46,698 bases of DNA from Thermoanaerobaculia bacterium (GTDB lineage Bacteria; Acidobacteriota; Thermoanaerobaculia; UBA5066): NCBI GenBank assembly GCA_963816185.1, contig CAWFJJ010000012.1:1-46698 (forward strand). Direction: 5' to 3'. The notes under the pieces are model-generated. The model saw only the letters and a list, made by a program, of their open reading frames with translations. It was not told where the DNA came from and made no database searches. The translations under genes were made by a program, and so were the position numbers. Each line of letters opens with the position of its first letter. Positions within the stretch are counted from its first letter, which is position 1. Positions 11,276 through 22,061 of the stretch are shown here, in pieces.

Positions 11276-11485
11276 ATGAAGAATTTCCTTGTCGTCACCG
11301 AGCACCCCATCGAGCGGGTCCTCCGTGTTCTCGTCGGTATCGGGCTACTCAGCCTAGTCTTCGTCGGGCCGAAAACGGCGTGGGGCTGGATCGGGATCCT
11401 CCCCTTGCTCACAGGCTTCACGGGACTCTGTCCGCTCTACACGTTGCTGGGGATTTCTACCTGCCCGAAGAAGGCCTCGACGTAA
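11276..11485 (+). CDS. DUF2892 (YgaP-like) small membrane protein
   Basis: ERVLRVLVG..WGWIG.LPLLTG..G.CPLYTLLGISTC. SD GGAGG. Confidence 0.9.
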   Translation: MKNFLVVTEHPIERVLRVLVGIGLLSLVFVGPKTAWGWIGILPLLTGFTGLCPLYTLLGISTCPKKAST

Positions 11486-11593
11486 GGCTGCCGCTGAGCT
11501 TGCGCCGCACGACGCGCTGCGGGACTTTGCCCTTCTCGACGGTCGAGACGTCACCGAGGAGCCGGGCGAGGCGGTAGAGAACGGCGCGAAGAG

Positions 11594-12154
11594 TCACGCC
11601 TCCGGCTCCCGCTTCAGGATTTCGTCCAAGTCCAGCACGCCGAGCTTCCGGCCGAGTTTTTCGAGATCAACGTCGCTCAAGATGAGAGTGTCCCGCTCCA
11701 AGTCGACCGTGTACCAGCGCCCGAGATCTCGAAACGAACGCGAGCTCCTCGGGCAACGCCGAAGCCGTTCGCCGCGCTTCAGGAGTTTCCGATGGATCCG
11801 GAGCGCAAGTGCCGTCTCGCTGACCCTGCGCTTTGGGAGAGCCTTCTGCGCCTTCAGCCGTTCGACTCCCTCCAGTGCGACTCTAATGCTTTCGCTTTCC
11901 TTCGTGGAGGGTCCTCCCGTCAGGTACGCGTCCTTTGCCGCCTTGAGCTCCTTCCGCTCGTCCCGCGCGGCCGTTGGGAGCTGCTCGATCAGCCACGGCA
12001 CGAGGCCCTTCACGGCGGTCCGTTGACGCGACAGCGGCAGAATCCCTCGACTAAACACGTACTCGAGCAGATCGTATGCGGCGATAACCCGCGCCGCCTT
12101 CACCGTCTTCTTCGCCGCGGCGAGTGCTTCTGCGAGTCGTTGTGCCTTACTCAC
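11594..12154 (-). CDS. Hypothetical protein
   Basis: 186-aa ORF with protein-like composition, at the end of a leftward run of small genes. Confidence 0.6.
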   Translation of the reverse strand: MSKAQRLAEALAAAKKTVKAARVIAAYDLLEYVFSRGILPLSRQRTAVKGLVPWLIEQLPTAARDERKELKAAKDAYLTGGPSTKESESIRVALEGVERLKAQKALPKRRVSETALALRIHRKLLKRGERLRRCPRSSRSFRDLGRWYTVDLERDTLILSDVDLEKLGRKLGVLDLDEILKREPEA

Positions 12155-12286
12155 GCCCCCGGCTCCTCCGTGCCCGCCACCTTCTCACGCATGCGGGCGC
12201 GGCCACGCTTCAGGGTTGCCATAGATTTCTCCTGTCGAAGTGCACATCGCTCCTGTGTGCGTCGAAGCGGAGGCCAGGGAGGCCCT

Positions 12287-12512
12287 TCACGCCTCGCCCT
12301 TCCGTTTGCAGGTCGCGACATGGCTCTTGAACCGAGCACCCGGCGGGTCGCCAGCCCTCACGTATTCCACGCGAGGAGGGTCGTACGTCTCGTCGAGCTT
12401 GAATCGTCCGTCAGCAACGGGCCTCTGGTCGAGTGGAATCCGCGTTCTGTCAACGACCGTTTCAGCCCAGATAGTCGGGGCGTTCCACGCACGGGCAGCG
12501 GGCCTCGCTCAC
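12287..12512 (-). pseudogene. Small phage-like zinc-binding protein, copy 2 (one +1 frameshift near the start)
   Basis: Paralog of 953-1178 (WAETVVDRTRIPLDQRPVADGRFKLDETY..SHVATC). Confidence 0.6.
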
Positions 12513-12600
12513 CTGAACAGCTTTCCCAAGATCCGCCCGATGAATCTCCCGACGATCCGCCGCTTGACGCGCTGCGGTGCCGGCCTCTTCGCCGTTTTCT

Positions 12601-12990
12601 TCATTCGGCGTTCGGGTCGAGCAGCCATTTCCATGCCTCAGCCTCGGAGGAGAAGGCTTTCGAGAATAGCCCGCGGTTTCTGGCAACCATGATTCCGACC
12701 CCACGCGGGTCGATCTGCTCGGGTCTCATCACAAACGCGATCTTGACAGCGGCCATCGCGTGACGCGCAAGCTGTTCGCCAGCCGTGAACAGTTCAAAGG
12801 TTCCGAGTCCGAAGCCGCCCAGGTTCGTCGCGTCGATGAGGAGCCTCCCGATCGCGTTCTCACGGCAGTACACGATCGCCCGACTCCCGAGATCGAGCGC
12901 CTCCTGGAACGAGGCGTGTCCTTCCAGGCGAAAGATTGCATGGCCGTCGCCGATTTCGAGACCTTCAGGTAAATCCCTCGTTTCGCTCAC
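12601..12990 (-). CDS. STAS/SEC14 (SpoIIAA-like) domain protein
   Basis: RLLIDATNL..KIAFV..VARNRG...AFSSEAEAWKWL. GTG start overlaps the upstream stop. Confidence 0.75.
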   Translation of the reverse strand: MSETRDLPEGLEIGDGHAIFRLEGHASFQEALDLGSRAIVYCRENAIGRLLIDATNLGGFGLGTFELFTAGEQLARHAMAAVKIAFVMRPEQIDPRGVGIMVARNRGLFSKAFSSEAEAWKWLLDPNAE

Positions 12991-13196
12991 GATGAAGCCC
13001 CTAAAGGTCGGCGCCGCCTCTTTCGCCTCTCGTGCCGCGCGACGGCCTTCGCTGTCGCCCGCTCGCGCGGCCGGCGCCACATCTCGATAACGACGTCCGG
13101 CGGGATGATGAGCGGGAACTCCCGCACGTTCGCCGGTAGCGGCGCCTCCTCCTCTTTGCGCGGAGGCGGAAGGTCCCGCGAGCCGCTTGTGGTCAC
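12987..13196 (-). CDS. Small hypothetical protein (EAPLPANV motif)
   Basis: Motif shared with 1175-1324. GTGA overlap with the next gene. Confidence 0.45.
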   Translation of the reverse strand: MTTSGSRDLPPPRKEEEAPLPANVREFPLIIPPDVVIEMWRRPRERATAKAVARHERRKRRRRPLGASS

Positions 13197-13284
13197 GGCG
13201 AGGATTCTCTCTCACGGCAAGGGCCTCGTGTTTCGCGGGCACACAGCTACGCCTTGCATAAGCGTCGGCTGTAGGATCCCGAAC

Positions 13285-13623
13285 GTGTCATGGATCTCCG
13301 GCATCGCGGGGATTTTCAAGAGACGGCCGGCCCCCCCGAGGGCAAGCAGGAGCGGCGAACGGGTAAGACGGGTGAGTGATCCGTTGATGGCGGTATGTCT
13401 CTTCTGCGGTCGAACCGCGTCAGTACAGCCTTTCGGAGCGACCGTGCAGCTCGACTGTTCAGACTGTGGGCCGTGCGAGGTGACAGTCGAAGCGATGCGC
13501 CTCCTCCGCGCTGACGCGAACCTAAGAGAAGCGGTCCGGCGACAGGTGCGACGACACCTTGACACCGGCGCCGAGAGACCGCTCGTCAATCCCGAATTCA
13601 TCCAGTCACTCAAAGGGCGCTGA
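13285..13623 (+). CDS. Small zinc-ribbon-like protein, copy 2
   Basis: Paralog of 1383-1739. TAGGAT lies 7 nt upstream of the GTG. Confidence 0.7.
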   Translation: MSWISGIAGIFKRRPAPPRASRSGERVRRVSDPLMAVCLFCGRTASVQPFGATVQLDCSDCGPCEVTVEAMRLLRADANLREAVRRQVRRHLDTGAERPLVNPEFIQSLKGR

Positions 13624-13929
13624 CCGCAGCGCCCGGCAGACCCGCCCGTGCCGCCGCATCGATGAAATCGCTGAGGATTTTAAGACCAAGCACGAGGGCC
13701 TGGAGGGAATCGACACCTTCCTCGACGAGGATATGTTCGGCCTCCTCAGACGCCGGGTGGCGCCCCGTCAATAATCGGCGCCCCTAAACCCGCGCACGGC
13801 GAAAAGTTCGTCGAAGGCTGGACCGAATACCAGCATTGGCTGTTGGCGCCAGTCTTGCGGTGGGATAGCAACTCAATCGCCCGGATGGAGGTCTCGGGAA
13901 GCCGTTTCGATGAGGGGGGAGACGGAGCC

Positions 13930-14175
13930 ATGAGCGAGAGCGAAAGCAGAAAGGCCTACTCTGGATGGCTCGAGGCTTACCCACCGCGCGGTGTACCAGC
14001 CAGAACGTACTGCTCCGAGGATTGCGCAGAACACGCTCACGTCCGAGCCACGAGAATGCAGTGGGAAGGACCCCAAGCGGCTGTAGATTCGAGCGGCCTC
14101 TGTTCAAAGTGTGGCGGCGCGATCAAAGAAATGCCGGGCTGGGTAATGGACCTTGAGTCGAGCCCCAAGAAATGA
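13930..14175 (+). CDS. Small Cys-rich hypothetical protein
   Basis: YCSEDC and CSKCG motifs. SD GGAG. Confidence 0.55.
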   Translation: MSESESRKAYSGWLEAYPPRGVPARTYCSEDCAEHAHVRATRMQWEGPQAAVDSSGLCSKCGGAIKEMPGWVMDLESSPKK

Positions 14176-14206
14176 CGGTCAGGGGTCGGATCGAGATCTC
14201 TCTACT

Positions 14207-14502
14207 TGTAGGGGCGCAATGGGAATTGCCGGGGGCTTCGACGCGTAGAAACCGGGGCCGTAGACGGGCATTCTGGCCGGACGGGAGCCTTTCATGCGCT
14301 CTTTCCAGCCGCCGCGAAGTGGCATTTCTAGCCGTGCCGTCCCAGGCGCGACGGCGCTTTCCGCCCTGCTTCGCGCCTCGCACCTCTTCGGCCTCGCCCT
14401 CGGCTCGGCGCTCGGGAAGCTGCGCGACTCAGGTGTGACGGCGGCCAGGATGTTCGAAAGGGCCGAAGAGAGTGCCCTCCTCCTCAGGATGATGCGCGAG
14501 GC
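14207..14502 (+). mobile_element. R30 left end plus transposase N-terminal fragment (ATG 14294), cut by the next left end
   Basis: LLRASHLFGLALGSALG..LLRMMREA followed directly by TGTAG at 14503. Confidence 0.85.
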
Positions 14503-14565
14503 TGTAGGGGTGCAATGGGAATTGCCGGGGGGCTAAAGGCCGGGGCCGCACACGGGAGCTTCATC
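14503..14565 (+). repeat. R30 solo left end
   Basis: TGTAGGGGTGCAATGGGAATTGCCGGGGGG. Confidence 0.9.
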
Positions 14566-14640
14566 CGGCCGGTTGCTTCCCAATGGCTTCGCCGCGTGGT
14601 ACCTTCTGCCCCGCCGAGCGGCAAAGAAGGAGGGAGATCG

Positions 14641-15252
14641 ATGAAGAAACCGAGCTCGTTGCCCCTGTGCCTCGGCCTCGTTCTGGCAACCGCCGCCACG
14701 GCAGGCGACACGAAGCCCGACAAAGGGACCAAGGCCACTCGACCAGCCGCCGACTCCAAGAGCTTTGTGGAACGGGGCAAGTACCTCACCGTCATCGGCG
14801 GTTGCGGCGACTGCCACACCCCCAAGAAGATGGGCCCGAACGGACCGGAGCCCGACATGTCGCGACTGCTTTCCGGCCACCCGCAGGACTCCAAGCTCCC
14901 GCCCGCGCCGCCGCTGTTGCCGACGGAAGCCTGGAACATCACCGTGAGCGGAGACCTCACCGCTTGGGCAGGTCCATGGGGCGTCAGCTACACGTCGAAC
15001 CTCACCCCCGACACCGTGACGGGCCTCGGCGTGCCCGGCCTGTGGACCGAGGAGCTCTTCATCAAGGCGATGAGGACCGGCAAGCACATCGGTACTTCCC
15101 GGCCGATCTTGCCGCCCATGCCGTGGCCGGACTTCGGCCGGGCGACGGACCATGATCTGAAGGCGATCTGGGCGTACCTGAAGACTATCCCGCCCGTGCG
15201 GAACCTGGTGCCCGACCCCGTAATTGCGCCGCCTCCGCCCGCGAGCAAGTAG
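14641..15252 (+). CDS. Exported c-type cytochrome
   Basis: Signal peptide. VERGKYL..CGDCH, GPWGVSY..NLTPD and PPMPW. SD GAAGGAGG. Confidence 0.9.
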   Translation: MKKPSSLPLCLGLVLATAATAGDTKPDKGTKATRPAADSKSFVERGKYLTVIGGCGDCHTPKKMGPNGPEPDMSRLLSGHPQDSKLPPAPPLLPTEAWNITVSGDLTAWAGPWGVSYTSNLTPDTVTGLGVPGLWTEELFIKAMRTGKHIGTSRPILPPMPWPDFGRATDHDLKAIWAYLKTIPPVRNLVPDPVIAPPPPASK

Positions 15253-15312
15253 CCCCGCATCGTCGCCGGCAGGTTGCCGAAGGGTTGGCCGCGCGTCCGA
15301 CGCGTCCTTCAC

Positions 15313-15450
15313 TGCAGGGCGGCAATGGGAATTGCCGGGGGCTGTAGGGGTGCAATGGGAATTGCCGGGGCTGTCGAGCGTAGAGACCAGACTCACGCCC
15401 CCCGTTTCCCTCTCAACCCCGGCCCGAAGGCGGGCATTCTGTCCGGACAG
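15313..15450 (+). repeat. R30 doublet (15313, 15343) plus leader
   Basis: Exact 30-bp period. Confidence 0.9.
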
Positions 15451-15489
15451 CGGTCTAGGTTCGAGTAATCGACCCTTTTCCTGAAGGAT

Positions 15490-15589
15490 CCCCGAGTGGA
15501 TGGCTCAAAGCGCGGTGGTCAGGGACTACCGGGTTCTCGAGGTCGGGCGGCGTCGGTCGAACCGTCTCATTCTAACTGTCGCGGGATGA
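15490..15589 (+). repeat. Second dispersed repeat family (~100 bp), copy 1 of 4
   Basis: CCCGAGTGGATGGCTCAAAGCGCGGTGGTC..GCGGGATGA. Other copies at 18633-18686, 23537-23636 and 24160-24260. Confidence 0.75.
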
Positions 15590-15661
15590 AGAGATTTCCT
15601 CGGCGGACGGGGCCCACGAGGTTCGAGATAAGCTTCAAGTAAGAAGACGGAACAGATCGAG

Positions 15662-18235
15662 GTGACGCTCTCCGCAGGCACTCGTCTCGGCCCTTACGAG
15701 ATCCTCTCGCCTCTCGGCGCGGGTGGGATGGGCGAGGTCTATCGCGCGCGCGACGAGAGGCTGAAGCGCGACGTCGCGGTCAAGGTCCTGCCTGCCTCGT
15801 ACTCGCAGGACGCCGACCGCCTGCGGCGCTTCGAACAGGAGGCGCAGGCGGCCGGGGCGCTGAACCATCCGAACATCACGGCGGTCTACGACCTCGGCAC
15901 CCACGACGGCGCGCCGTACATCGTGACCGAGCTCCTCGAGGGCGAGACGCTGCGCGCGCGGCTCGCAGGTGGCGGCCTCGCCATCCGCAGGGTGATCGAC
16001 TACGCCGTCCAGATCGCAAGGGGCCTCGCCGCGGCGCACGAGAAGGGAATCATCCACCGTGACCTCAAGCCCGAGAACGTTTTCCTTACAAAGGATGGGC
16101 GGATCAAGATCCTCGACTTCGGTCTCGCGAAGCTCACGCAGACCGAAGGGCTAGGCGGTCCGCAGACGAACCTTCCGACGGCGACAGCCGGCACCGAGGC
16201 CGGCGTCGTGATGGGGACCCTCGGCTACATGTCGCCGGAACAGGTGAAGGGGCACCCGGCCGACCAGCGGTCGGACCTCTTCTCCTTCGGCGCGATCCTC
16301 TACGAGATGCTGTCGGGGAATCGCGCGTTCCACCGCGATTCGGCGGCCGAGACGATCTCAGCAATCCTCCGCGAGGAGCCGCCAGACCTCTCGGCGACTA
16401 ACCAGAACATCCCGCCCGGTCTCGACCGCATCGTGAGTCACTGCCTGGAGAAGTCACCCGGGTCCCGCTTCCAGTCCGCCGGCGACATCGCTTTCGATCT
16501 CGAATCGCTGGCCACCGCTCCGGCCGCCGTGTCGGGAGGCGTGATCCGCCCGGCGAGGCGGCGGCTCGGGTGGCGGGCCGCTGCCGGGCTCGCTCTGGTT
16601 GTGGCATCGGCCGCCGCCTTTTTCTGGGGCACGCGCGCGAGCCGCAACGAACGGCTGGGCTTTCACGCCTTCACGTTTCGCCGCGGCACGATCCGCTCCG
16701 CTCGGTTCGCGCCCGACGGCCACACGATCGTTTACGGGGCCGCGTGGCAGGGCGCGCCGATCCGGCTCTTCTCGGCGAGCACGGAACATCTCGAATCGGC
16801 TGCGATCGCGCTCCCCGATGGCGACATCTTCGCGATCAACTCCGGCGGCGAGCTTCTGATTTCCTTGGGCCGCCACTACCTGACAACCCATCACAGCGTC
16901 GGGACCCTCGCGCTCGCTCCCCTTTCGGGGGGCGCTCCGCACGAAATCCTCGAGAACGTCCAGGCGGCGGACTTCGGACCGGACGGAAGGAGCTTTGCCG
17001 CCATCCGCGAGGTGGAGGGGAAGAACCGCCTGGAGTACCCGCTCGGAACGGTTTTGTGCGAGACCGTCGGCTGGATGAGCCACCTGCGCGTTTCACCGCG
17101 AGGCGATCAGGTCGCCTTCTTCGACCACCCCGACCGATGGGACAACCGGGGAGCGGTCGCGGTCGTCGACCGACAGGGACACAGGAAGACGCTGACGCAG
17201 ATCTACAACAGCGAAGAGGGCCTCAGCTGGTCGCCCTCTGGAGACGAGATCTGGTATTCGGCCGGATTTGGACTCGGGGGAGATTCCGTTCTGGCGGTGA
17301 CGCCGGCCGGGAAGACGCGGGTGGTCTACCGCGGTCTTGGCGACATGGCCATCTTCGATTGCGCGCGGGATGGCAAAGTGCTGCTGAGCCGGGCTCTCAA
17401 CCAGCGAGAAATGATGTTCGGCCGGTCCGAAGAAGCCCGGGAGCGCGACCTCTCCTGGTTCGACTGGTCTTATCCGATCGACATGCTCGCCAGCGGCGGT
17501 GCCATCCTCTTCTCCGAGACCGGGCTGGGCGCGGGCTCGACGTATGGCGTCTTCATCCGCCGGACGGACGGCTCCCCGGCGGTTCGCATCGGGGACGGAA
17601 ACCCCCTGTCCCTGTCGCCGGACGGCAGGTTTGCCATCGCAAAGACACTCACGAGCCCACCCCAGATCGTTCTCCTGCCAACCGGCGCCGGCGAGCCGAC
17701 GATGCTGCCCTTCGGAGCCGTCGAGGGCGATCAGGCCGCCTGGTTTCCCGATGGCCGCCGGATTCTCCTGGAGGGACACGAGGCGGGCCATGGCGCGCGG
17801 CTCTACGTGGCCGGAGCGGATGGAGGATCCGTCCGGCCGATCAGCGGAGAGGGCGTCCGGATCAATGGCTCGAAGCCGGTCTCGCCCGACGGCATGTCCG
17901 TCACGGCGACCGGCCGCGACGGAAGGTCTTACATCTATCCCGTCGATGGGGGTGAGCCGCGCCTGATACCCGGCCTTTCCGAAGACGACGAGATCAGCCG
18001 CTGGACATCCGACGGAATGTCGCTCTACGTCTTCCGCCACGGCGAGCTTCCGGCGAAAGTCGTGCGCCTGAATCTCGCGACGGGAAAACGCGAGCCGTGG
18101 AAGGAGGTGCTGCCCAGCGATCCTTCCGGAGTCGTCACGATTACTCCGATTCTGCTGACACCGGATGGGAAAAGCTATGCATACAGCTATCCAAGAATCC
18201 TCTCGCAGCTCTTCCTCGGCACAGGTTTGAAATGA
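15662..18235 (+). CDS. Ser/Thr protein kinase with TM segment and TolB-like (PD40) beta-propeller
   Basis: [23 protein letters not shown] and YMSPEQ motifs. Repeated SPDG/WSP motifs. Confidence 0.95.
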   Translation: MTLSAGTRLGPYEILSPLGAGGMGEVYRARDERLKRDVAVKVLPASYSQDADRLRRFEQEAQAAGALNHPNITAVYDLGTHDGAPYIVTELLEGETLRARLAGGGLAIRRVIDYAVQIARGLAAAHEKGIIHRDLKPENVFLTKDGRIKILDFGLAKLTQTEGLGGPQTNLPTATAGTEAGVVMGTLGYMSPEQVKGHPADQRSDLFSFGAILYEMLSGNRAFHRDSAAETISAILREEPPDLSATNQNIPPGLDRIVSHCLEKSPGSRFQSAGDIAFDLESLATAPAAVSGGVIRPARRRLGWRAAAGLALVVASAAAFFWGTRASRNERLGFHAFTFRRGTIRSARFAPDGHTIVYGAAWQGAPIRLFSASTEHLESAAIALPDGDIFAINSGGELLISLGRHYLTTHHSVGTLALAPLSGGAPHEILENVQAADFGPDGRSFAAIREVEGKNRLEYPLGTVLCETVGWMSHLRVSPRGDQVAFFDHPDRWDNRGAVAVVDRQGHRKTLTQIYNSEEGLSWSPSGDEIWYSAGFGLGGDSVLAVTPAGKTRVVYRGLGDMAIFDCARDGKVLLSRALNQREMMFGRSEEARERDLSWFDWSYPIDMLASGGAILFSETGLGAGSTYGVFIRRTDGSPAVRIGDGNPLSLSPDGRFAIAKTLTSPPQIVLLPTGAGEPTMLPFGAVEGDQAAWFPDGRRILLEGHEAGHGARLYVAGADGGSVRPISGEGVRINGSKPVSPDGMSVTATGRDGRSYIYPVDGGEPRLIPGLSEDDEISRWTSDGMSLYVFRHGELPAKVVRLNLATGKREPWKEVLPSDPSGVVTITPILLTPDGKSYAYSYPRILSQLFLGTGLK

Positions 18236-18237
18236 CC

Positions 18238-18334
18238 TGTAGGGGTGCAATGGGAAATTGCCGGGGTTGTGGTGCGCAGAGAAAAGGGCCACGGCCATCC
18301 GCCAGATGGCGGTTTTGGTTCGAGAAACCGAGCC
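18238..18334 (+). repeat. R30 left end 2 bp after the kinase stop
   Basis: TGA-CC-TGTAGGGGTGCAATGGGAAATTGCCGGGG. Confidence 0.85.
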
Positions 18335-18445
18335 TGTTCACCGGCACACTGGCCCGATTGCCGCTCGGGGGTACGGCCCCCCGGGAGCCTCCGCCTCCAG
18401 TTCCACGGGAACCCCCCCGCGTCGGAGGAAGTCTTCGATAAAGTA

Positions 18446-18499
18446 AAAGCGCCGGAAGGGATGCCCCTCCGACGCTTTGAGCCAGTTAAGTGGCTCCCC
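18446..18499 (-). terminator. GGGGAGCCA followed by a terminator-like hairpin (att-like remnant)
   Basis: 15-bp stem at 18446-18478. Its two mismatches are G-U pairs only on the minus strand, followed by TTTTACTTT. Confidence 0.55.
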
Positions 18500-18924
18500 G
18501 GAGTAATGGCTCAGCGCGCGAGTCTTCGGGACCAGACGTCACTGGCTATCGAGAAGCGGCGCTCAAACCGTACCGTCTACATCCTCCAGGGCCGCGCTCG
18601 CGCAGCCTAAGAGGGCTGGGCTGATCTCTGAAAGCGGTGGTCCGGGACTATCGGGCGCTGGGGGTCGGACGACGGCGGGCGAACCGAAGAGCACTTAGCA
18701 TGCCGGCTCCGGTCGGTTTCTCATCGCCGCTCTGCTGTCACCTTCTCTCGGTTCACAGTTGACGCCATTTGCCGATGCAGTCGGTAAGGCGTGTCGAGGC
18801 GTCCTTGGCGATCGTCGAAGTAGACTCGCTCAGCGCGGCACCGATCGCGAGCAGAGAGCGGCCGCCTCGAACGCGTGCGGTTGGTTCGGGCCGGAGCCCG
18901 TGCCGGCCCCGGCAGGAGGTGCAC

Positions 18925-19812
18925 ATGTTTAGCCGGGTTCTCTTCGCGACCGATCTGTCTCCCGCCTCCGACCTCGCCCTCGACTGCATCGCGGGCTGGA
19001 AGGGCCTGGGGCTGAGGCTGTCCCACGTCACGATTGCCCACGTGCACGCGGGAGCGGGAGGCATGGAAGATGCGCTCCGGGCCGAACACGCGCCGAAACT
19101 CGAGCGTCAGGCGCAGCACGTACGGGAAGCCGGCGTCTCCGCATCCTGGCGGCTGGAGTTCGGCGTGCCCTACCTGAACATCGAGCGCATCGCCCGCGAG
19201 GAGGGCGCCGAACTGGTGGTACTCGGCTCTCACGGAGCGTCCTGGGTCAAGGAGGTGTGGCTCGGCTCCATCGCCGACGCCATCCTCCGTCACGTGCAGC
19301 TCCCGGTAATGGTGATCAAGGTCAACCGGCTCATAGGCCTGCCTCGCGAGCAATACATCAGCGACTCCCTGTTCAGCAGGGCGCTCGTCTCCCTGTTCGG
19401 CAGGGCGCTCGTCGCAACTGACTTCTCGGCCGATAGCGACGCTGCCATCGCGTTCGCACGGAGGCTCGCGGAGCGCTCGCCCGGCGAGCTACATCTCCTT
19501 CACGTCCAAGAGTATAGCCAGATCTTTCCGCACCTAGCGAGCCGCCTCGACGAGTTCAACCACGCGAACGCGGGGCGCCTCGAGGCTCTCGCCGGGGAAC
19601 TGCGGGCCGCAGGAGCCCGCGAGGTCTCCATCGAGGTGCGCACCGACCATGCCGTCACCGGTATCCTGGCAGCCATCGAGGCGTGGCGTCCGCGCCTCGT
19701 CGTTCTCGGCCGCCACGGCCGCGGCAAGGGGGGGCGCCGCCTCATCGGCTCCACGTCTCACGACGTCGCTCGTGAAAGCTCGGCTCCCGTCCTTGTGGTC
19801 CCGGAGGGTTAG
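18925..19812 (+). CDS. Tandem universal stress protein (USP)
   Basis: VLFATDLS..LGSHG..WLGSIAD..PVMVI and LVATDFS..LGRHG..IGSTS..PVLVVP. SD AGGAGG. Confidence 0.92.
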   Translation: MFSRVLFATDLSPASDLALDCIAGWKGLGLRLSHVTIAHVHAGAGGMEDALRAEHAPKLERQAQHVREAGVSASWRLEFGVPYLNIERIAREEGAELVVLGSHGASWVKEVWLGSIADAILRHVQLPVMVIKVNRLIGLPREQYISDSLFSRALVSLFGRALVATDFSADSDAAIAFARRLAERSPGELHLLHVQEYSQIFPHLASRLDEFNHANAGRLEALAGELRAAGAREVSIEVRTDHAVTGILAAIEAWRPRLVVLGRHGRGKGGRRLIGSTSHDVARESSAPVLVVPEG

Positions 19813-19816
19813 AGAG

Positions 19817-19856
19817 ATGCCTGTCTATGAGTTCGTTTGCGAGGACTGCGGGAACA
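19817..19856 (+). pseudogene. FmdB-type zinc-ribbon gene cut after 13 codons
   Basis: MPVYEFVCEDCGN followed immediately by R30. Confidence 0.7.
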
Positions 19857-19905
19857 TGCAGGGGTGCAATGGGAATTGCGGGGCGCTACGGCGCGTAGAA
19901 GCCAG
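19857..19905 (+). repeat. R30 solo left end
   Basis: TGCAGGGGTGCAATGGGAATTGCGGGG..GGCGCGTAGAA. Confidence 0.85.
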
Positions 19906-20106
19906 TGTTATGCCCTGGGGCGACAACCTCCGTGCGCATTCCGGTCCCCTGACGGCTTCCCTCGCCGCCTCGGAACGAGCTGCTCGAAACGATGCAGCAC
20001 CGCATCGAAATGAGACAGCTCAAAGCGGAATTCGCCAGCACGAGGCGCCTCAGACCGCCTCTCAGGTAACGGCACAGCGTTTGCTCTCCCGTCGGTCGGC
20101 CACAGC

Positions 20107-20334
20107 GTGATGAAGACAGGCCGCCGCAGGACCAAGCCGTCGCCGAGGTTCGTCCCCCTCAGGGACCTCGTCCCCCGAATCGACCCCAAGGGGGGCTCGT
20201 CCCAGAAGACGGTCTTCGGCGAGCCCCCGCCGGTCTCCGCGAGGGAGGAGAAGCAGGAAACTCAGGATGTTCCGACCGAACGAAGGCAGAAGCCGGGTCA
20301 CGGCCGAAACAGGAAGAAAGGAGAAGCGACATGA
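20107..20334 (+). CDS. Small basic peptide with DLxPxxDxKGG leader-like motif
   Basis: LRDLVPRIDPKGG. Stop overlaps the next ATG. Confidence 0.55.
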   Translation: MMKTGRRRTKPSPRFVPLRDLVPRIDPKGGSSQKTVFGEPPPVSAREEKQETQDVPTERRQKPGHGRNRKKGEAT

Positions 20335-20456
20335 AAAAGACCACGAAGAAGAACCCCAAGGCCTCTCAAAAGAAGGCACCCAAGAATCTCGACGTCAAAC
20401 CCGTCAGGGGCGGGAAAGTCCGTGGAGGCTCATTCAAATTTAAATATATAGAATAG
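20331..20456 (+). CDS. 41-aa peptide MKKTTKKNPKASQKKAPKNLDVKPVRGGKVRGG-SFKFKYIE (not in the ORF track)
   Basis: Strong SD AAAGGAG, double-glycine motif and short AT-rich C-terminal segment. Confidence 0.65.
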   Translation: MKKTTKKNPKASQKKAPKNLDVKPVRGGKVRGGSFKFKYIE

Positions 20457-20488
20457 ATAGGACTTATATCGAAATCTGACGAGCGCGA

Positions 20489-22039
20489 TTGCTGATCGAG
20501 ATGGCAGCCCTTGCATACGCAGGCGCGTCTGTTGGATATCCCAGTATGGGTCATAATCTGACGAGCGCCGCTTGTCGGAAGGGCCGCCGGGAGCTCGCAG
20601 CCGACAAGCATGCAAGCGCGCGCGCGGTCTTCGACTCGGTCGTCCGGGCAAGGCCGGATTGCACGGCGGCCCGGTACCACCTCGCCCGGGCGAGCTTCGC
20701 CCTGGGTGAAATCGGGAAGGCGACGGGGCAACTTCGGGCGTCGCTCCTGATCCGCACGGACATCCGAGCATTGCGGTTCCTCGCGACGATCGCCCCTTTC
20801 GACCCTCACCTCGACAATGCTGCGATCCTGAAGTACCGCCGGGCGCTGAGCGCCGCGGTTCGCGCAAGACACGGCGCGCCGACCGAGACGTTGGTCGTCG
20901 GGAGCCCGGCCCGGAAAGTACTCAAGATCGGCTATGTGTCGTCGTCCTTCGAAGCGGAAAACTGGATGAAACCGGTTTGGGGGCTGATCGATCAACACGA
21001 CGCGGGCAGGGTGGAGGTTCACCTGTTCTCCGCTGGGCCGCGCGTTTCCGTCGTGCGTCGCCGGGCGGGCGCGAGCGGCGCCCGGGTTCACGACATCTCG
21101 CGCCTCGACAACGACGCGGCGGCGCGCCGAATCGCCCGAGCCCGGCTCGATATCCTCGTGGATCTCAATCAATACTGCCGGGCGAGCCGGTTGCCGCTGT
21201 TCGCGACCAGGCCGGCGCCGATTCTTGTTGCTTGGTTCAACATCTTCGGAACGTCGGGAATGCCGGAGTTCGATGCGCTGATCGGCGATCCATGGGTCGT
21301 ACGGGACGGCGAGGAGCGCTGGTACGTCGAGCAGATCGTCAAGCTCCCGCTGTCGTATCTGACATTCGCGGTGGACTATCCGGTCCCCGACGTTGCGCCG
21401 CCGCCGTTGCTGCGCAACGGCTACGTCACGTTCGGCAGTCTGGCGTCGCTCTACAAAATCAACAACGGCGTCCTTGGCGCGTGGGCCGAGATCCTGGAAC
21501 GAAGCCCCGGAAGCCGTCTTCTCTTGGGAAACGCGGACCTCGGAGACTCCGGCAATCGAAGACACACCCTCGGCCGATTCGCCGCGCACGGCATCGAGCC
21601 GGAGCGCGTCACGTTGCTCGGTTCCGCGGATCACTACGACTTCCTGCAGAACTACGACGCCATGGACGTCGCCCTCGACACGTTCCCCTTCAGCGGAGGC
21701 ACGACGACCACCGAGGCCATCTGGCAAGGCGTCCCGGTCATTACGTTCTCGGGGGACCGGTGGATCTCGCGTACCAGCGCCTCACTGCTGAAGAACGCGG
21801 GGCTCGACGGTTTCGTCTGCAAGGACATCCGCGGCTACGTCGAAACGGCCGTCCGATGGGGGTCGGGAAAAACAGCGGAGAAACTGAGAGCGCTGCGCCG
21901 CACGATGAGGATGCGCTTGAGAGCCTCACCGGTCACCGACTGTGCGAGGCTCGCAAGGTGCATCGAAGATGTCTACCGCCAGCTGTGGGAGGGAAGGTCT
22001 CGCACGAGGAGCGCGGGGCCTCTTGACACCAGGCATTAG
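20489..22039 (+). CDS. SPINDLY/O-GlcNAc transferase-like glycosyltransferase (GT41) with short TPR region
   Basis: LKIGYVS, DILVDLN, RPAP, VTFGS..KI and [23 protein letters not shown]. Start uncertain. Confidence 0.88.
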   Translation: MLIEMAALAYAGASVGYPSMGHNLTSAACRKGRRELAADKHASARAVFDSVVRARPDCTAARYHLARASFALGEIGKATGQLRASLLIRTDIRALRFLATIAPFDPHLDNAAILKYRRALSAAVRARHGAPTETLVVGSPARKVLKIGYVSSSFEAENWMKPVWGLIDQHDAGRVEVHLFSAGPRVSVVRRRAGASGARVHDISRLDNDAAARRIARARLDILVDLNQYCRASRLPLFATRPAPILVAWFNIFGTSGMPEFDALIGDPWVVRDGEERWYVEQIVKLPLSYLTFAVDYPVPDVAPPPLLRNGYVTFGSLASLYKINNGVLGAWAEILERSPGSRLLLGNADLGDSGNRRHTLGRFAAHGIEPERVTLLGSADHYDFLQNYDAMDVALDTFPFSGGTTTTEAIWQGVPVITFSGDRWISRTSASLLKNAGLDGFVCKDIRGYVETAVRWGSGKTAEKLRALRRTMRMRLRASPVTDCARLARCIEDVYRQLWEGRSRTRSAGPLDTRH

Positions 22040-22061
22040 CGACAGAGAGATCGAGCATCCA

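Noticed and set aside
14172-14536. Many ORFs sharing VGAQWELPG, PAIPIAPLQ or GNSHCAP as a protein family
   Set aside because: These are translations of the R30 DNA repeat in different frames.
18491-18570. tRNA gene ending in GGGGAGCCA on the minus strand (also 23537, 31960)
   Set aside because: No T-loop GTTCRA or cloverleaf upstream. Only a 9-10 nt 3'-end-like match.
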